A stretch of DNA of 52,441 nucleotides from Patescibacteria group bacterium (lineage in GTDB: Bacteria > Patescibacteriota > Microgenomatia > UBA1400 > UBA12028), in NCBI GenBank assembly GCA_035479015.1, contig DATIJC010000011.1, positions 1 through 52,441 on the forward strand, given 5' to 3'. Below the pieces are notes generated by a model that was not told the origin of the DNA, ran no database searches, and saw nothing but the letters and a program-made list of their open reading frames with translations. A program made the position numbers and the translations under genes. This document shows, in pieces, positions 33,589 to 42,698 of this stretch; positions within the stretch are counted from its first letter, which is position 1; each line of letters begins with the position of its first letter.

Positions 33589-35139
33589 ATGTCCAAAAGG
33601 CTTACACGGGGAGAGCGCACTCTCCATTTTTTTATTTCTAAAATCCTCCCCTTCTTGGTGAGCTTTCTATTTGGCACGACTATTTTACTGCTTTTTCTGC
33701 TTGGGAAAAATCAAACAGCAAGAACAAACAAACTCCAACCACTGCTCAAACCACTGATCTCGGAGTTTTTTATTCTCTCAGTCGATGGTGTGCGTTTTGC
33801 CACACCGAGCGCTACTCTACTTGATGCGACCACCACAAAAGCCTGGCTCCAACAAGTCGATGATCACTTCAGCGTTAATAAAAAGGATGCAACCTTGAGC
33901 GTTAAATCCGGAAAACTCGTGATAAATCCCGGCAACTTTGGGAAAGGAATCGATCAGACCCAAGCACTAGATCTGCTCATGCACATCGATCTAACTGCCT
34001 CTGCAGAAGCGAGCCTCCAATCTGTTTCGACTGGAAAAGTGCTTGATCCCGACGAGCAAACACATATCCGCGAACGGTATCAAGCGTTGGTAAATAAAAA
34101 ACTCACATTCACAGCAGGTACAGCGCACTTCACACTGACAGCACAAAACGTCGCTGCCATGATGGCTCTGCCGGATGGATTTTCGCCGGAAGGGATTACT
34201 AGCGTGATAAAAAGTTGGGCCAAGGACTTTGACCACCCTGCGGTAGAACCCCGGTTAGCGATTGTCGGGACGAGCGTAGAAGCGTTTGAGGCTCCCCGTG
34301 ATGGGGAGGTGATTACTATCGAACCATCTGTTCAAATAGTGCAGCAAGCGCTTGAAGGAGCTGACGTACATGAGCTGTCTATTAACATTACACCGCCAAA
34401 AACATCACTTTCTTCTATCAATACTCTCGGCATCACCGAGCGCTTGGGACGCGGCGATTCAACATACTTCCACTCGATACCAAACCGCATAACCAATGTT
34501 TCCCTTACCACTTCTAAAATAAATGGCGTACTTGTGATGCCTGGTGAAGAATTTTCATTTGCCAAGTACTTGGGCGAAGTCTCAGCTGCTACTGGATTTA
34601 AACAAGCATATATAATTTCGCAGGGTCAGACGATCTTGGGTGACGGTGGTGGCGTATGCCAGGTCAGCAGCACAATGTTCCGGGCAATTCTTAACGCTGG
34701 ACTTCCAGTCACGGAGCGGCGTGGTCACTCATATCGTGTTGGATACTATGAGCAAAATAGCAAACCCGGTTTTGATGCAACTGTGTATTCGCCGCATCCG
34801 GACCTACGGTTTGTCAATGACACCAGCACCCCTATCCTCATTATGGCCGTTGCTGACTCTAAAAAGTTAGCGATGTATGTAGAATTGTGGGGCAAATCAG
34901 ATGGACGTAAAGCAGAGATTCTCAACTACAAACAATGGGGGGCCACTCCCGCTCTCCCTACGGTATATCAAGACGATCCTACTCTTCCCCCCGGAAAGCT
35001 CAAGCAGATAGATTTTGCCGCACCAGGACTGAAAGTTTCATTTGACTATAAAGTTACCTATTCAGATGGACAATCAAAGACCGTAAATTTCCTTACAAAC
35101 TATGTTCCTTGGCGCGCAGTTTACCTACGCGGAGTCTAG
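33589..35139 (+). CDS. VanW-family protein
   Basis: The start is set at MSKRLTRGERTLHFF, followed by a TM anchor. VanW core GGGVCQVSSTMFRA...ERRGHSY. Confidence 0.85.
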   Translation: MSKRLTRGERTLHFFISKILPFLVSFLFGTTILLLFLLGKNQTARTNKLQPLLKPLISEFFILSVDGVRFATPSATLLDATTTKAWLQQVDDHFSVNKKDATLSVKSGKLVINPGNFGKGIDQTQALDLLMHIDLTASAEASLQSVSTGKVLDPDEQTHIRERYQALVNKKLTFTAGTAHFTLTAQNVAAMMALPDGFSPEGITSVIKSWAKDFDHPAVEPRLAIVGTSVEAFEAPRDGEVITIEPSVQIVQQALEGADVHELSINITPPKTSLSSINTLGITERLGRGDSTYFHSIPNRITNVSLTTSKINGVLVMPGEEFSFAKYLGEVSAATGFKQAYIISQGQTILGDGGGVCQVSSTMFRAILNAGLPVTERRGHSYRVGYYEQNSKPGFDATVYSPHPDLRFVNDTSTPILIMAVADSKKLAMYVELWGKSDGRKAEILNYKQWGATPALPTVYQDDPTLPPGKLKQIDFAAPGLKVSFDYKVTYSDGQSKTVNFLTNYVPWRAVYLRGV

Positions 35140-35375
35140 TTGCCACCCCAAAAAGCCTGTGACAGAACAAGTGCGGTCCGGGGAAACTTTTCGTGCGTAA
35201 ACGCTTCAACATATTCAATCATTCTATCTGGAGAATCATCAGCTGTATGATTGTCGTCCACAATACCGTTTGCCAAATCAAGCGCCATAAGCAACGCTCT
35301 CCACAAAACAGCATTTTTTTGTATTCGCTCCAGCTCACCACTATCAAAATCAGTAAGCGCTAATTCCTTGGCCAT
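35136..35375 (-). CDS. hypothetical small protein
   Basis: 79 aa from the first ATG (the track start at 35381 is a GTG). Overlaps the VanW stop by 4 nt. Confidence 0.4.
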   Translation of the reverse strand: MAKELALTDFDSGELERIQKNAVLWRALLMALDLANGIVDDNHTADDSPDRMIEYVEAFTHEKFPRTALVLSQAFWGGN

Positions 35376-35447
35376 ACACACCGCATTTTATACCCAGTCC
35401 TAGGCTTTTCCCACCTCTCGATGTAAAATATCTTACAAGGAGAACTT

Positions 35448-35702
35448 ATGGCTGTGTCTGAAGTAAATAATCCCACAAGAGTTCGACAAATTGCAGAAAT
35501 TGTTGCCCTAGCGTTTAAGCCAGAAAAACAACGCGAGTTGGCGGAAAAGTATGGACTACTGGATCAGCTACCAGAACTGACAAGGGCTTCAGTTAAACTG
35601 ACAATGTCCCCTCAAGATCGAAAAATAATGGAAGAAAATGAAAGAAAAACTCGTGAATTTAAACTGCAAGAGGAACTTAGAAATAAGAGAAGAAATAGAT
35701 AA
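35448..35702 (+). CDS. hypothetical small protein
   Basis: 84 aa. Strong SD (AAGGAG) 6 nt upstream. Its stop overlaps the valS start (TAATG). Confidence 0.55.
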   Translation: MAVSEVNNPTRVRQIAEIVALAFKPEKQRELAEKYGLLDQLPELTRASVKLTMSPQDRKIMEENERKTREFKLQEELRNKRRNR

Positions 35703-37993
35703 TGGATTCTACCTACTCTCACAAAGACCACGAAGACAAGATATACAAACTCTGGGAAGAATCAGGAGCGCTAAATCCTGATACGCAAAAAAACGCGGAC
35801 AAAAGCAAACCTCCCTACACCATCCTCCTCCCTCCCCCAAATGCCAACGCTTCACTTCATGCAGGTCACGGGATGTTTGTGGTCGAAGATATATTAGTTC
35901 GCTACCATCGCATGTTGGGTCAACCTACAGAGTGGCTTCCCGGCACAGATCACGCTGGTTTTGAAACCCAGTATGTGTATGAAAAACACCTGGCGAAACA
36001 AGGTACTTCCCGCTTTCAATTTGACCGCCAAACCCTGTTCGACGATATCTACCAATTTGTGCAAGACAACTCGGGGACAATTTTTGCGCAGCTCAAGAAA
36101 CTCGGATTCTCCTGTGATTGGTCACGAGCAACGTTCATGCTCGATGACAAGGTGGTAAAGATTGTGTACGACACGTTTGCCCAGATGGTCGAGGATGGCA
36201 TGGTCTACAGGGACAATTACATTGTCAACTACTCACCAAAGCAGGGGACGACCTTTTCAGACCTAGAGGTGACATATGCAACTCGCCAGGATCCTTTTTA
36301 CTACATCCGTTATTCGAGCGATCCAGAAATCATTATTAGCACAGTCAGGCCGGAAACAAAATTCCGTGATACTGCCCTCGCCTGTAACCCAAATGATCCG
36401 CGCTATAAAGATTTGATTGGAAAAACCATTACTTTCAATGGACTACTTGGGCCCGTGGAAATGCAGATTATCGCCGACGATGAAGTGGACATGGAATTTG
36501 GCACGGGCATTATGAAAGTGACTCCTGCTCATGATGCGCACGACTTTGCTTTAGGAAAAAAATATGATTTACCTGTTTTACCACTTATCGACTTCATGGG
36601 GAAAATGGATTTCTCCTGGTACATCGATTCGCACCAGTCACCAGCCACCAGTCACGAGTCACTATACCTTGAGCGCGCTCGAAAATATCATGGAAAGAAA
36701 GTAGCTGAAGCCAGAAAACTGATCGTCGAAGACATGATGGCCGAGGGCATGATCGTCAAGGTCGATGAAAAATATACTCACAATGTCGCCGTGGATTATA
36801 AAACCGGCTCGGATATTGAACCAATGGTGATGCCCAACTGGTTTGTAGCCACCAAGAAACTTGCAGCTCCTGCCATAGCAGCCGCCCGAAATAAAAAAGT
36901 GCAATTTGTACCCGCCCGTTTTGAGAAAACCTACTACGACTGGATGGAGAACATCCGTGACTGGCCAATCTCCCGCCAGATCGTCTGGGGCATCCGCATT
37001 CCTATCTGGTACTCTGTTAAAGACAATCCCAATCTCTCCGTGACATTTCTAGATAAAGACAAAAATCGCGTAACAGGAATAGTTGGCGAACTTTTAGGCG
37101 ATATACGATATACGACATACGATATACTTTCAGGTTTGCAGTCTCTTCGTGCCCCAATGGGTGCAAAATATGTCGTCAGTGTCGACTCGCCGGGCGAAGA
37201 CTTTTTACCAGAGACAGATACCTTTGACACGTGGTTTTCTTCGGGTCAGTGGCCACTGACAACCTTAAACTACCCGAACGGAGATGACTTTAATCGCTTT
37301 TTCCCCACACAGGTACTCGATACCATGTGGGACATCTTGTTCTTCTGGGTCGCACGCATGATCATGTTCTCGCTGTATAAAACAGGTGAAGTTCCCTTCT
37401 CTACTGTGTACCTACACTCGATGGTGACGGATGAAAAAGGCGCCAAGATGAGTAAGAGCAAGGGCAATGTAGTTAATCCGATCGAACTCGTAGATAAATA
37501 TGGCGCCGATGCATTGCGCATGGCGCTCATTGCCGGCTCCGCACCAGGCAACCCAATAGCCCTCTCAGAAAACAAAGTGAGAGGCTACCGGAATTTCTCG
37601 AATAAGCTTTGGAATATAGGAAGATACATCACTTTGCTTACAGAGCAAAGTGAATTTTCAAGTTCCAAGGTTCAAGTTTCAAGTCAATCTGAAGATAAAA
37701 AACTCATCGACGAACTAAATGACTTAGTTAAAAAAACTACCGAAAATCTTGATAATTATCGCTTCTCAGATGCTGCATTATCTGCGTATGACTTTGTCTG
37801 GAACAGACTCGCTAGTGACTACTTGGAAAAAACAAAATCAAGAGAGGATAAAGAAGCAGTTTTCGCAACGCTCTATACTGTATTCTCCACTTGCTTGAAG
37901 TTACTTCACCCCTTCATGCCCTTTGTGACGGAGGCAATCTGGCAAGAATTTGGCGGAGAACTTCTTATTACCTCTCCATGGCCTGTATACTAA
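35702..37993 (+). CDS. valS: valyl-tRNA synthetase (short form)
   Basis: 763 aa. Motifs PPPNANASLHAGH (HIGH) and KMSKS. No long C-terminal coiled coil. Confidence 0.92.
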   Translation: MDSTYSHKDHEDKIYKLWEESGALNPDTQKNADKSKPPYTILLPPPNANASLHAGHGMFVVEDILVRYHRMLGQPTEWLPGTDHAGFETQYVYEKHLAKQGTSRFQFDRQTLFDDIYQFVQDNSGTIFAQLKKLGFSCDWSRATFMLDDKVVKIVYDTFAQMVEDGMVYRDNYIVNYSPKQGTTFSDLEVTYATRQDPFYYIRYSSDPEIIISTVRPETKFRDTALACNPNDPRYKDLIGKTITFNGLLGPVEMQIIADDEVDMEFGTGIMKVTPAHDAHDFALGKKYDLPVLPLIDFMGKMDFSWYIDSHQSPATSHESLYLERARKYHGKKVAEARKLIVEDMMAEGMIVKVDEKYTHNVAVDYKTGSDIEPMVMPNWFVATKKLAAPAIAAARNKKVQFVPARFEKTYYDWMENIRDWPISRQIVWGIRIPIWYSVKDNPNLSVTFLDKDKNRVTGIVGELLGDIRYTTYDILSGLQSLRAPMGAKYVVSVDSPGEDFLPETDTFDTWFSSGQWPLTTLNYPNGDDFNRFFPTQVLDTMWDILFFWVARMIMFSLYKTGEVPFSTVYLHSMVTDEKGAKMSKSKGNVVNPIELVDKYGADALRMALIAGSAPGNPIALSENKVRGYRNFSNKLWNIGRYITLLTEQSEFSSSKVQVSSQSEDKKLIDELNDLVKKTTENLDNYRFSDAALSAYDFVWNRLASDYLEKTKSREDKEAVFATLYTVFSTCLKLLHPFMPFVTEAIWQEFGGELLITSPWPVY
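36632..36666. repeat. heptanucleotide tandem tract in valS (5 units)
   Basis: CACCAGT CACCAGC CACCAGT CACGAGT CACTATA. Encodes HQSPATSHESLY. Confidence 0.8.
37100..37127. repeat. heptanucleotide tandem tract in valS (4 units)
   Basis: GATATAC GATATAC GACATAC GATATAC. Encodes DIRYTTYDI. Confidence 0.85.
37657..37684. repeat. heptanucleotide tandem tract in valS (4 units)
   Basis: TTCAAGT TCCAAGG TTCAAGT TTCAAGT. Encodes FSSSKVQVSS. Confidence 0.85.
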
Positions 37994-37997
37994 TCAC

Positions 37998-38393
37998 ATG
38001 CATTTGATAAAATTCTATTTTCTCTGGCTTATTGCAGTCTTTGCCAACGTCTTTCGACCATTCGTTTTTATAATTCGTTGGTCTATTCGTTTGTTATTCG
38101 TTGTTTTCCTTATATGGTTCATTGGAGGAATTGGTGTCTGGTCATATAGATACATACAATCTCTGCCCACCAGAGAACAAGCAAGGCGTGAAACAAATGC
38201 GCTGCTTATGCAAAAAGCCCAATTGGAGTCTCTTCTTAAAAATCACCAGAACTCTAGAGATGTTTCGCTCGACCTCGCAATAATTTCACTAAAGCTTGGA
38301 GATGACACACTAGGACAGTATTATTGGGAAAACCTGCAAAAAATTGACCCAAACAATACTCGAGTAGAATTACTCAGTAGCTTTTTCCGTTGA
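37998..38393 (+). CDS. hypothetical membrane protein
   Basis: 131 aa from the ATG at 37998. Two TM helices, then a helical (TPR-like) tail. Contains a 12-nt x4 tandem repeat at 38060-38107. Confidence 0.5.
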   Translation: MHLIKFYFLWLIAVFANVFRPFVFIIRWSIRLLFVVFLIWFIGGIGVWSYRYIQSLPTREQARRETNALLMQKAQLESLLKNHQNSRDVSLDLAIISLKLGDDTLGQYYWENLQKIDPNNTRVELLSSFFR

Positions 38394-39053
38394 AGTTGAT
38401 TCAGGAGCTACTTCTTCTTTGGTTGCACCTTGTTTGGTCAACTCAACCTCTGCTGGCTCAGCAGGAGCAACCTCTACCACAACTTCCGCTTCTTGTTCTT
38501 GAATAGTTGCGAGCACTTCATCAGCTTCAATTTTTAAAGTAACTTTCTCTCGGTCGAAATCGACGTCAGCCAGCGTAACTGTGTCACCAACCTTGAGAAG
38601 TTTTGAGATATCGAGAACAAATTTCTCTGGCAAATTGGTTGGCAGCGCCTCGACTTCGATTTCATTATAGACGGTCACCAACACTCCGCCCGCTTTTACG
38701 GCTTCTGACTCACCTATTACCTCGACAGGAATCATTGCTGTCACTTCCTGAGTCAAGTCGACTTGGTGAAAGTCAGCGTGCAAAAAAGCTCCTGTTACAG
38801 GATGGCGTGACGCAGAAACGATGAGTACGGGACGCTGGGTTTTTTCTCCCTCGACTTCGAGGTTTACCAGTGCTGTTTCACCAGCTGCTTTGTAAATACT
38901 GGTAAAAACTTTCACGTCGACTTGAACTGGTACGGATGCCGTCTTGGTGCCAAAAATGTTACCAGGGACCAGGTTTTTCGCTCTCAAGCTCTTCACCTTG
39001 CGGCCAAGCAGGATGCGTCTTTGTACGGAAAGGTGGTGTCGCTCTTGTGTCAT
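38370..39053 (-). CDS. rplY: 50S ribosomal protein L25/Ctc
   Basis: 227 aa. N-terminal L25/Ctc pattern (RKVKSLRAKNLVPGNIFG ... ALVNLEVEG) with an acidic C-terminal extension. Confidence 0.88.
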   Translation of the reverse strand: MTQERHHLSVQRRILLGRKVKSLRAKNLVPGNIFGTKTASVPVQVDVKVFTSIYKAAGETALVNLEVEGEKTQRPVLIVSASRHPVTGAFLHADFHQVDLTQEVTAMIPVEVIGESEAVKAGGVLVTVYNEIEVEALPTNLPEKFVLDISKLLKVGDTVTLADVDFDREKVTLKIEADEVLATIQEQEAEVVVEVAPAEPAEVELTKQGATKEEVAPESTSTEKATE

Positions 39054-39086
39054 AGGAGGTGATAGTATACCACAAGGCGGCCAGGT

Positions 39087-41660
39087 TTAGAGGCCGATAG
39101 CAAACAACTTTATCCGGTCGACAGTTGCACTAAATTGAGCCCCACGATTGGTTGAGCTTGGCCGGGGTGCCACTTTCGAAATTGGCAAAGAGTCTGGTGT
39201 CTGTATATCTAGATGAAATTCATACGGCCCCACTGAAAGTTGGTTTTGTTCCGCATACACTACGCCTTGGTTTTTCACTACTCCCAATGGTAATGAATAC
39301 TGCAGTGCCACCACACTTTCGGCGTTCGCCGGTACACGAATTAGTACCCCCACCAGAGCTCTATTGCCGATTTGCATCCGTAACATCTCTTTGGGGGTTT
39401 TGAGCACCCCATCTATTTGGACTGAGGTTAAAACTGAATTGGGTTCCAGTAAGAAGGTAAGCAGGGCCGTGTATGTTCCAGATGGCCACACAGCAGAAGT
39501 GGATAGGTTTTTAAAAGTAACTGTACGCCCTACAAGCGCTTGATCCGAAGAGAGCACTATTTTTTGTTCTACTTTCCGCTGGATCGAATTTCCAACCAAG
39601 ACTCCATCAAATGCGTTTTCTGTCTGCCTGGTCGAGAAAACCACACATCCTCCACTGGATCGAAATTGAGCTGGACAGAGTGGCAATTCTACCCCAGGCA
39701 TTTGAATCACTTGAGCCAGATCGTCTGTAACTTCCCTGTTTGATGTAAAGAAATACATGTTTCTCTTTTGGACTTCTAGCGAAAATATTTCAAAGAGGCC
39801 CGAGTTCTTTTCACCCAGCGAAGACAGCAGTGCTGTAACAAATTGCTTCCAAAAGAGATCAGTTGTCCCGCCATCCCTACCCTGCTCTTGCAATATGTGT
39901 AGATCATGCAGTTTTGAATCAACATTTAAAGAGGTAAAAACAGTTGACCCTATGGTTATTGGTCCGGTTTCCTCTAGAACTTGGGAGACAACCTGTGTAT
40001 TTATCCCTACCACTCCATCCAGTGACCGGTGTGTTTGCGCCTCAAGCAGTCTTTGTAGATGAGCACTCATTGACGCCTCAGACACTTCAAAGGAAGTGTT
40101 TTTAGAAACTTTTTGAGCTGTATAAAAGTTGGTCTCTTGGGTGGTTAACTCGAGAATCCCCGAGTTTGAAGCCATTTGGGCCGTCTCCACTTCCGACAAC
40201 TTCCCCTTTTCAAATGAAACAAGTGCTATCGAGCGTACTTTACCCCCAGCAGTCCTGGGTAATTCTGGGTCATTTAAAATGATGGCATACGTAGTCGACT
40301 TGGAAAAGCCAAAAAGCGTGGGAACTTCACGCAGTAGCGTGGTGATCACCGGCATCGTCTGTCCCAGACTCTCAAATTGATTTTGTAGGCCTGTTTTCAC
40401 GCTCTCAACTTGTGGTATAGCCAAGCGCAAACGTCCTACATTTTCACGCGCCGTTACCAATTGGTTATTTATCTTTTCAGTATCCTGCTGTGTAAATGTT
40501 CCATGTCCTAAAAACACAAATCCTAAAAGTTTTTGAATCTGGTTTTCATTCTCTTCCAGAGGTTGTACAAAATCTACATACGATAAGTAGAAACGGGTAG
40601 CATCGTCGCTGCTAAATAGAAATGGAAAACGCAGTAGTAAAAACTGGATCAACTCTGTTTCACGGCGCAGTCGCGTGGGAACAACAGCTCCCTGCCCTGA
40701 TAGCAGAAATGCTGACAATTGCATTGGGATATCGTGTTGGATGTATTGAAAAGCGCCGTAGACAACCAGCACACTAAGAAGAAAAATCACACACAAGCTA
40801 AAAATTATCCCCTGCAACCTTCTAAAAGTGGTCTTTTTCTTTCTTTTACCTTCGATAGCGATAACGGTAGTGCTTTTGGTCCTTTTCTCCTTTTCAACCG
40901 AGTGTAATTGACCGACCACTTCATTTTTTTTCTTTCGTAATGTTTGAAAAAAATGCACGCCTTCTAGTAACTCGATCATCGTACTAAGATCCCTACCTTC
41001 TACTCCATTCTTCTCAGCTTTTCCAAGCGCCACCAACTTATGTGAGAGCGGTGCTCCCAGTATTCCAGACTCTATAGCCCCGGAAAAATCTTGGACACGG
41101 TATGCGAGTGCTCCCGAGTACTCTTGATTTTTCTTCACTTGAAAAAGAATTGAAAGACAATGTCTCGCACAGTCTTCATACCAGAGAGGATTAAAAACTC
41201 CGTCCGTCTCAGTTGCCTTGCCCACTAGCGCGTTGTGAACGATTTTGTCTTGAGTTATCGAGAGTGACGGCAGCGATGGCTCGATAACATTTGCATAACT
41301 TATGACATGATCAAATTGTGCGATATTTGTAATCTCGTCACTGTGACAATCAAGCAGGACCAACACCGTGGTGCATTTTTTCTGCTCTGAATGAATTTTA
41401 TCCAACCAGTTACCCAAGAATCCCTCCATCCGTTTTGAATTATTCTTTGAAAAGACGCAGATAAAAACATCGAGAGGTTGTGCTAACTGAATAAAAGAAG
41501 CAAAACCTGAAGAAATGACTTCCATGTCTAGTGTGGCTAGACCAGACAGAAGTGAACGGAAAAATGGCCTGTCGTCCCCTACTACAAGCACCACAGGTTT
41601 ACCCTCAATGGATGAAAAAAAACTCTTGCCGGAATTCATGTACTCTAAGCGTACAAACAA
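39087..41660 (-). CDS. large hypothetical single-pass membrane protein (possibly DUF4012-like)
   Basis: 857 aa with a TTG start (first ATG at 41639). Cytoplasmic Rossmann-like N-domain of about 280 aa, TM helix IIFSLCVIFLLSVLVVYGAF, and a large extracytoplasmic domain. The DUF4012 guess is unverified. Confidence 0.6.
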   Translation of the reverse strand: MFVRLEYMNSGKSFFSSIEGKPVVLVVGDDRPFFRSLLSGLATLDMEVISSGFASFIQLAQPLDVFICVFSKNNSKRMEGFLGNWLDKIHSEQKKCTTVLVLLDCHSDEITNIAQFDHVISYANVIEPSLPSLSITQDKIVHNALVGKATETDGVFNPLWYEDCARHCLSILFQVKKNQEYSGALAYRVQDFSGAIESGILGAPLSHKLVALGKAEKNGVEGRDLSTMIELLEGVHFFQTLRKKKNEVVGQLHSVEKEKRTKSTTVIAIEGKRKKKTTFRRLQGIIFSLCVIFLLSVLVVYGAFQYIQHDIPMQLSAFLLSGQGAVVPTRLRRETELIQFLLLRFPFLFSSDDATRFYLSYVDFVQPLEENENQIQKLLGFVFLGHGTFTQQDTEKINNQLVTARENVGRLRLAIPQVESVKTGLQNQFESLGQTMPVITTLLREVPTLFGFSKSTTYAIILNDPELPRTAGGKVRSIALVSFEKGKLSEVETAQMASNSGILELTTQETNFYTAQKVSKNTSFEVSEASMSAHLQRLLEAQTHRSLDGVVGINTQVVSQVLEETGPITIGSTVFTSLNVDSKLHDLHILQEQGRDGGTTDLFWKQFVTALLSSLGEKNSGLFEIFSLEVQKRNMYFFTSNREVTDDLAQVIQMPGVELPLCPAQFRSSGGCVVFSTRQTENAFDGVLVGNSIQRKVEQKIVLSSDQALVGRTVTFKNLSTSAVWPSGTYTALLTFLLEPNSVLTSVQIDGVLKTPKEMLRMQIGNRALVGVLIRVPANAESVVALQYSLPLGVVKNQGVVYAEQNQLSVGPYEFHLDIQTPDSLPISKVAPRPSSTNRGAQFSATVDRIKLFAIGL

Positions 41661-41734
41661 CGAGTTATAAACACAAGACAGATGAAAAATCTGACAGACC
41701 TATAAAACAAAAAACAATGTATCCTTTTGATACA

Positions 41735-42151
41735 CTATTTTTGAGAATCCAGGCAGACATTCACAAGCTGATCAGCGCGGAAATTTTTTCCGCGAGGGAT
41801 ATAATAAAATGATATAGGATATTTTAGAGATCGTTTTATGCGCTCTATTTTTGCCTTCTTTTGCATGAGATTTTCGTTCCTCACTTTATAGTGACCATTC
41901 AGCTGTTCCACCATTAGTTGTGAATCAGCAAAAAATTGAACACTCTCGATGAGAGAGGGAAGAGGGCAGTCTTTTAGCCACTCCATCGCCATCTCTACCG
42001 CTGTATATTCAGCATCATTGTTTGTGGTAATTCCGAGGTATCGACTAGTTTCAAAAACTATTTCTTCGCCATCTTTAACCACCACTCCGGAAGCTGCTGG
42101 ACCTGGGTTACCCCGAGATCCTCCATCAGTGAAAATTGATAATTTTGACAT
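41735..42151 (-). CDS. rnhA: ribonuclease HI
   Basis: 138 aa. Motifs IFTDGGSRGNPGPAA, NNDAEYTAV and ADSQLMV (DEDD catalytic set). Confidence 0.9.
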   Translation of the reverse strand: MSKLSIFTDGGSRGNPGPAASGVVVKDGEEIVFETSRYLGITTNNDAEYTAVEMAMEWLKDCPLPSLIESVQFFADSQLMVEQLNGHYKVRNENLMQKKAKIERIKRSLKYPISFYYIPRGKNFRADQLVNVCLDSQK

Positions 42152-42156
42152 GTATG

Positions 42157-42247
42157 TGTCATTCCTGCGAAGGCAGGAATCCAGTCAATAAATAAATTCC
42201 TTATTGTGTTACTTGTTGTCTGGATACTTGCCTTCGCAAGTATGACA
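42157..42247. repeat. double-hairpin palindromic element, copy 2
   Basis: TGTCAT-ATTCCTGC/GAAG/GCAGGAAT-CCAG ... CTGG-ATACTTGC/CTTC/GCAAGTAT-GACA. Begins 6 nt upstream of the rnhA start. Confidence 0.88.
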
Positions 42248-42257
42248 GATAAAAACT

Positions 42258-42698
42258 TTAATTCTGCTTTATCATCACTTTCAATACGCGGTAGTCGCCT
42301 TCACCCTCAGACTCAGTCATAACTGACTCGTGCTGCGAAAGTGCCATATGTACCAGACGACGCTCAGATGGACTCAGACGAAGCGTATATGTCTCACCAC
42401 TGTCCATAACCTTTTGCGCCACATTCTGTGCCAAGTCTTTTAAGTACTCCTCCCGACGCTGCCGGAAATCATTCACATTCACCACAATTAGTAGGGAAGT
42501 GTTGGCTTGGAAAATAACCCGCACGATATGTTGGATGGCCTCGAGTGTCTCTGCGCGCCTACCAATCACTATTCCCGACTCTTCTTCTGAAACGATGATT
42601 GAGATACGGAACTCTTCTGCGAGTTCCTCGACGGTTACCGTTGCACTCTCGATCTCCATGTGGGAGAGAAGTTGTTGAACAAATTCATCAATTTTCAT
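42258..42698 (-). CDS. jag: Jag/SpoIIIJ-associated KH-R3H RNA-binding protein
   Basis: 146 aa with an R3H motif (LSPSERRLVHMAL). Overlaps yidC by 4 nt. Confidence 0.85.
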   Translation of the reverse strand: MKIDEFVQQLLSHMEIESATVTVEELAEEFRISIIVSEEESGIVIGRRAETLEAIQHIVRVIFQANTSLLIVVNVNDFRQRREEYLKDLAQNVAQKVMDSGETYTLRLSPSERRLVHMALSQHESVMTESEGEGDYRVLKVMIKQN

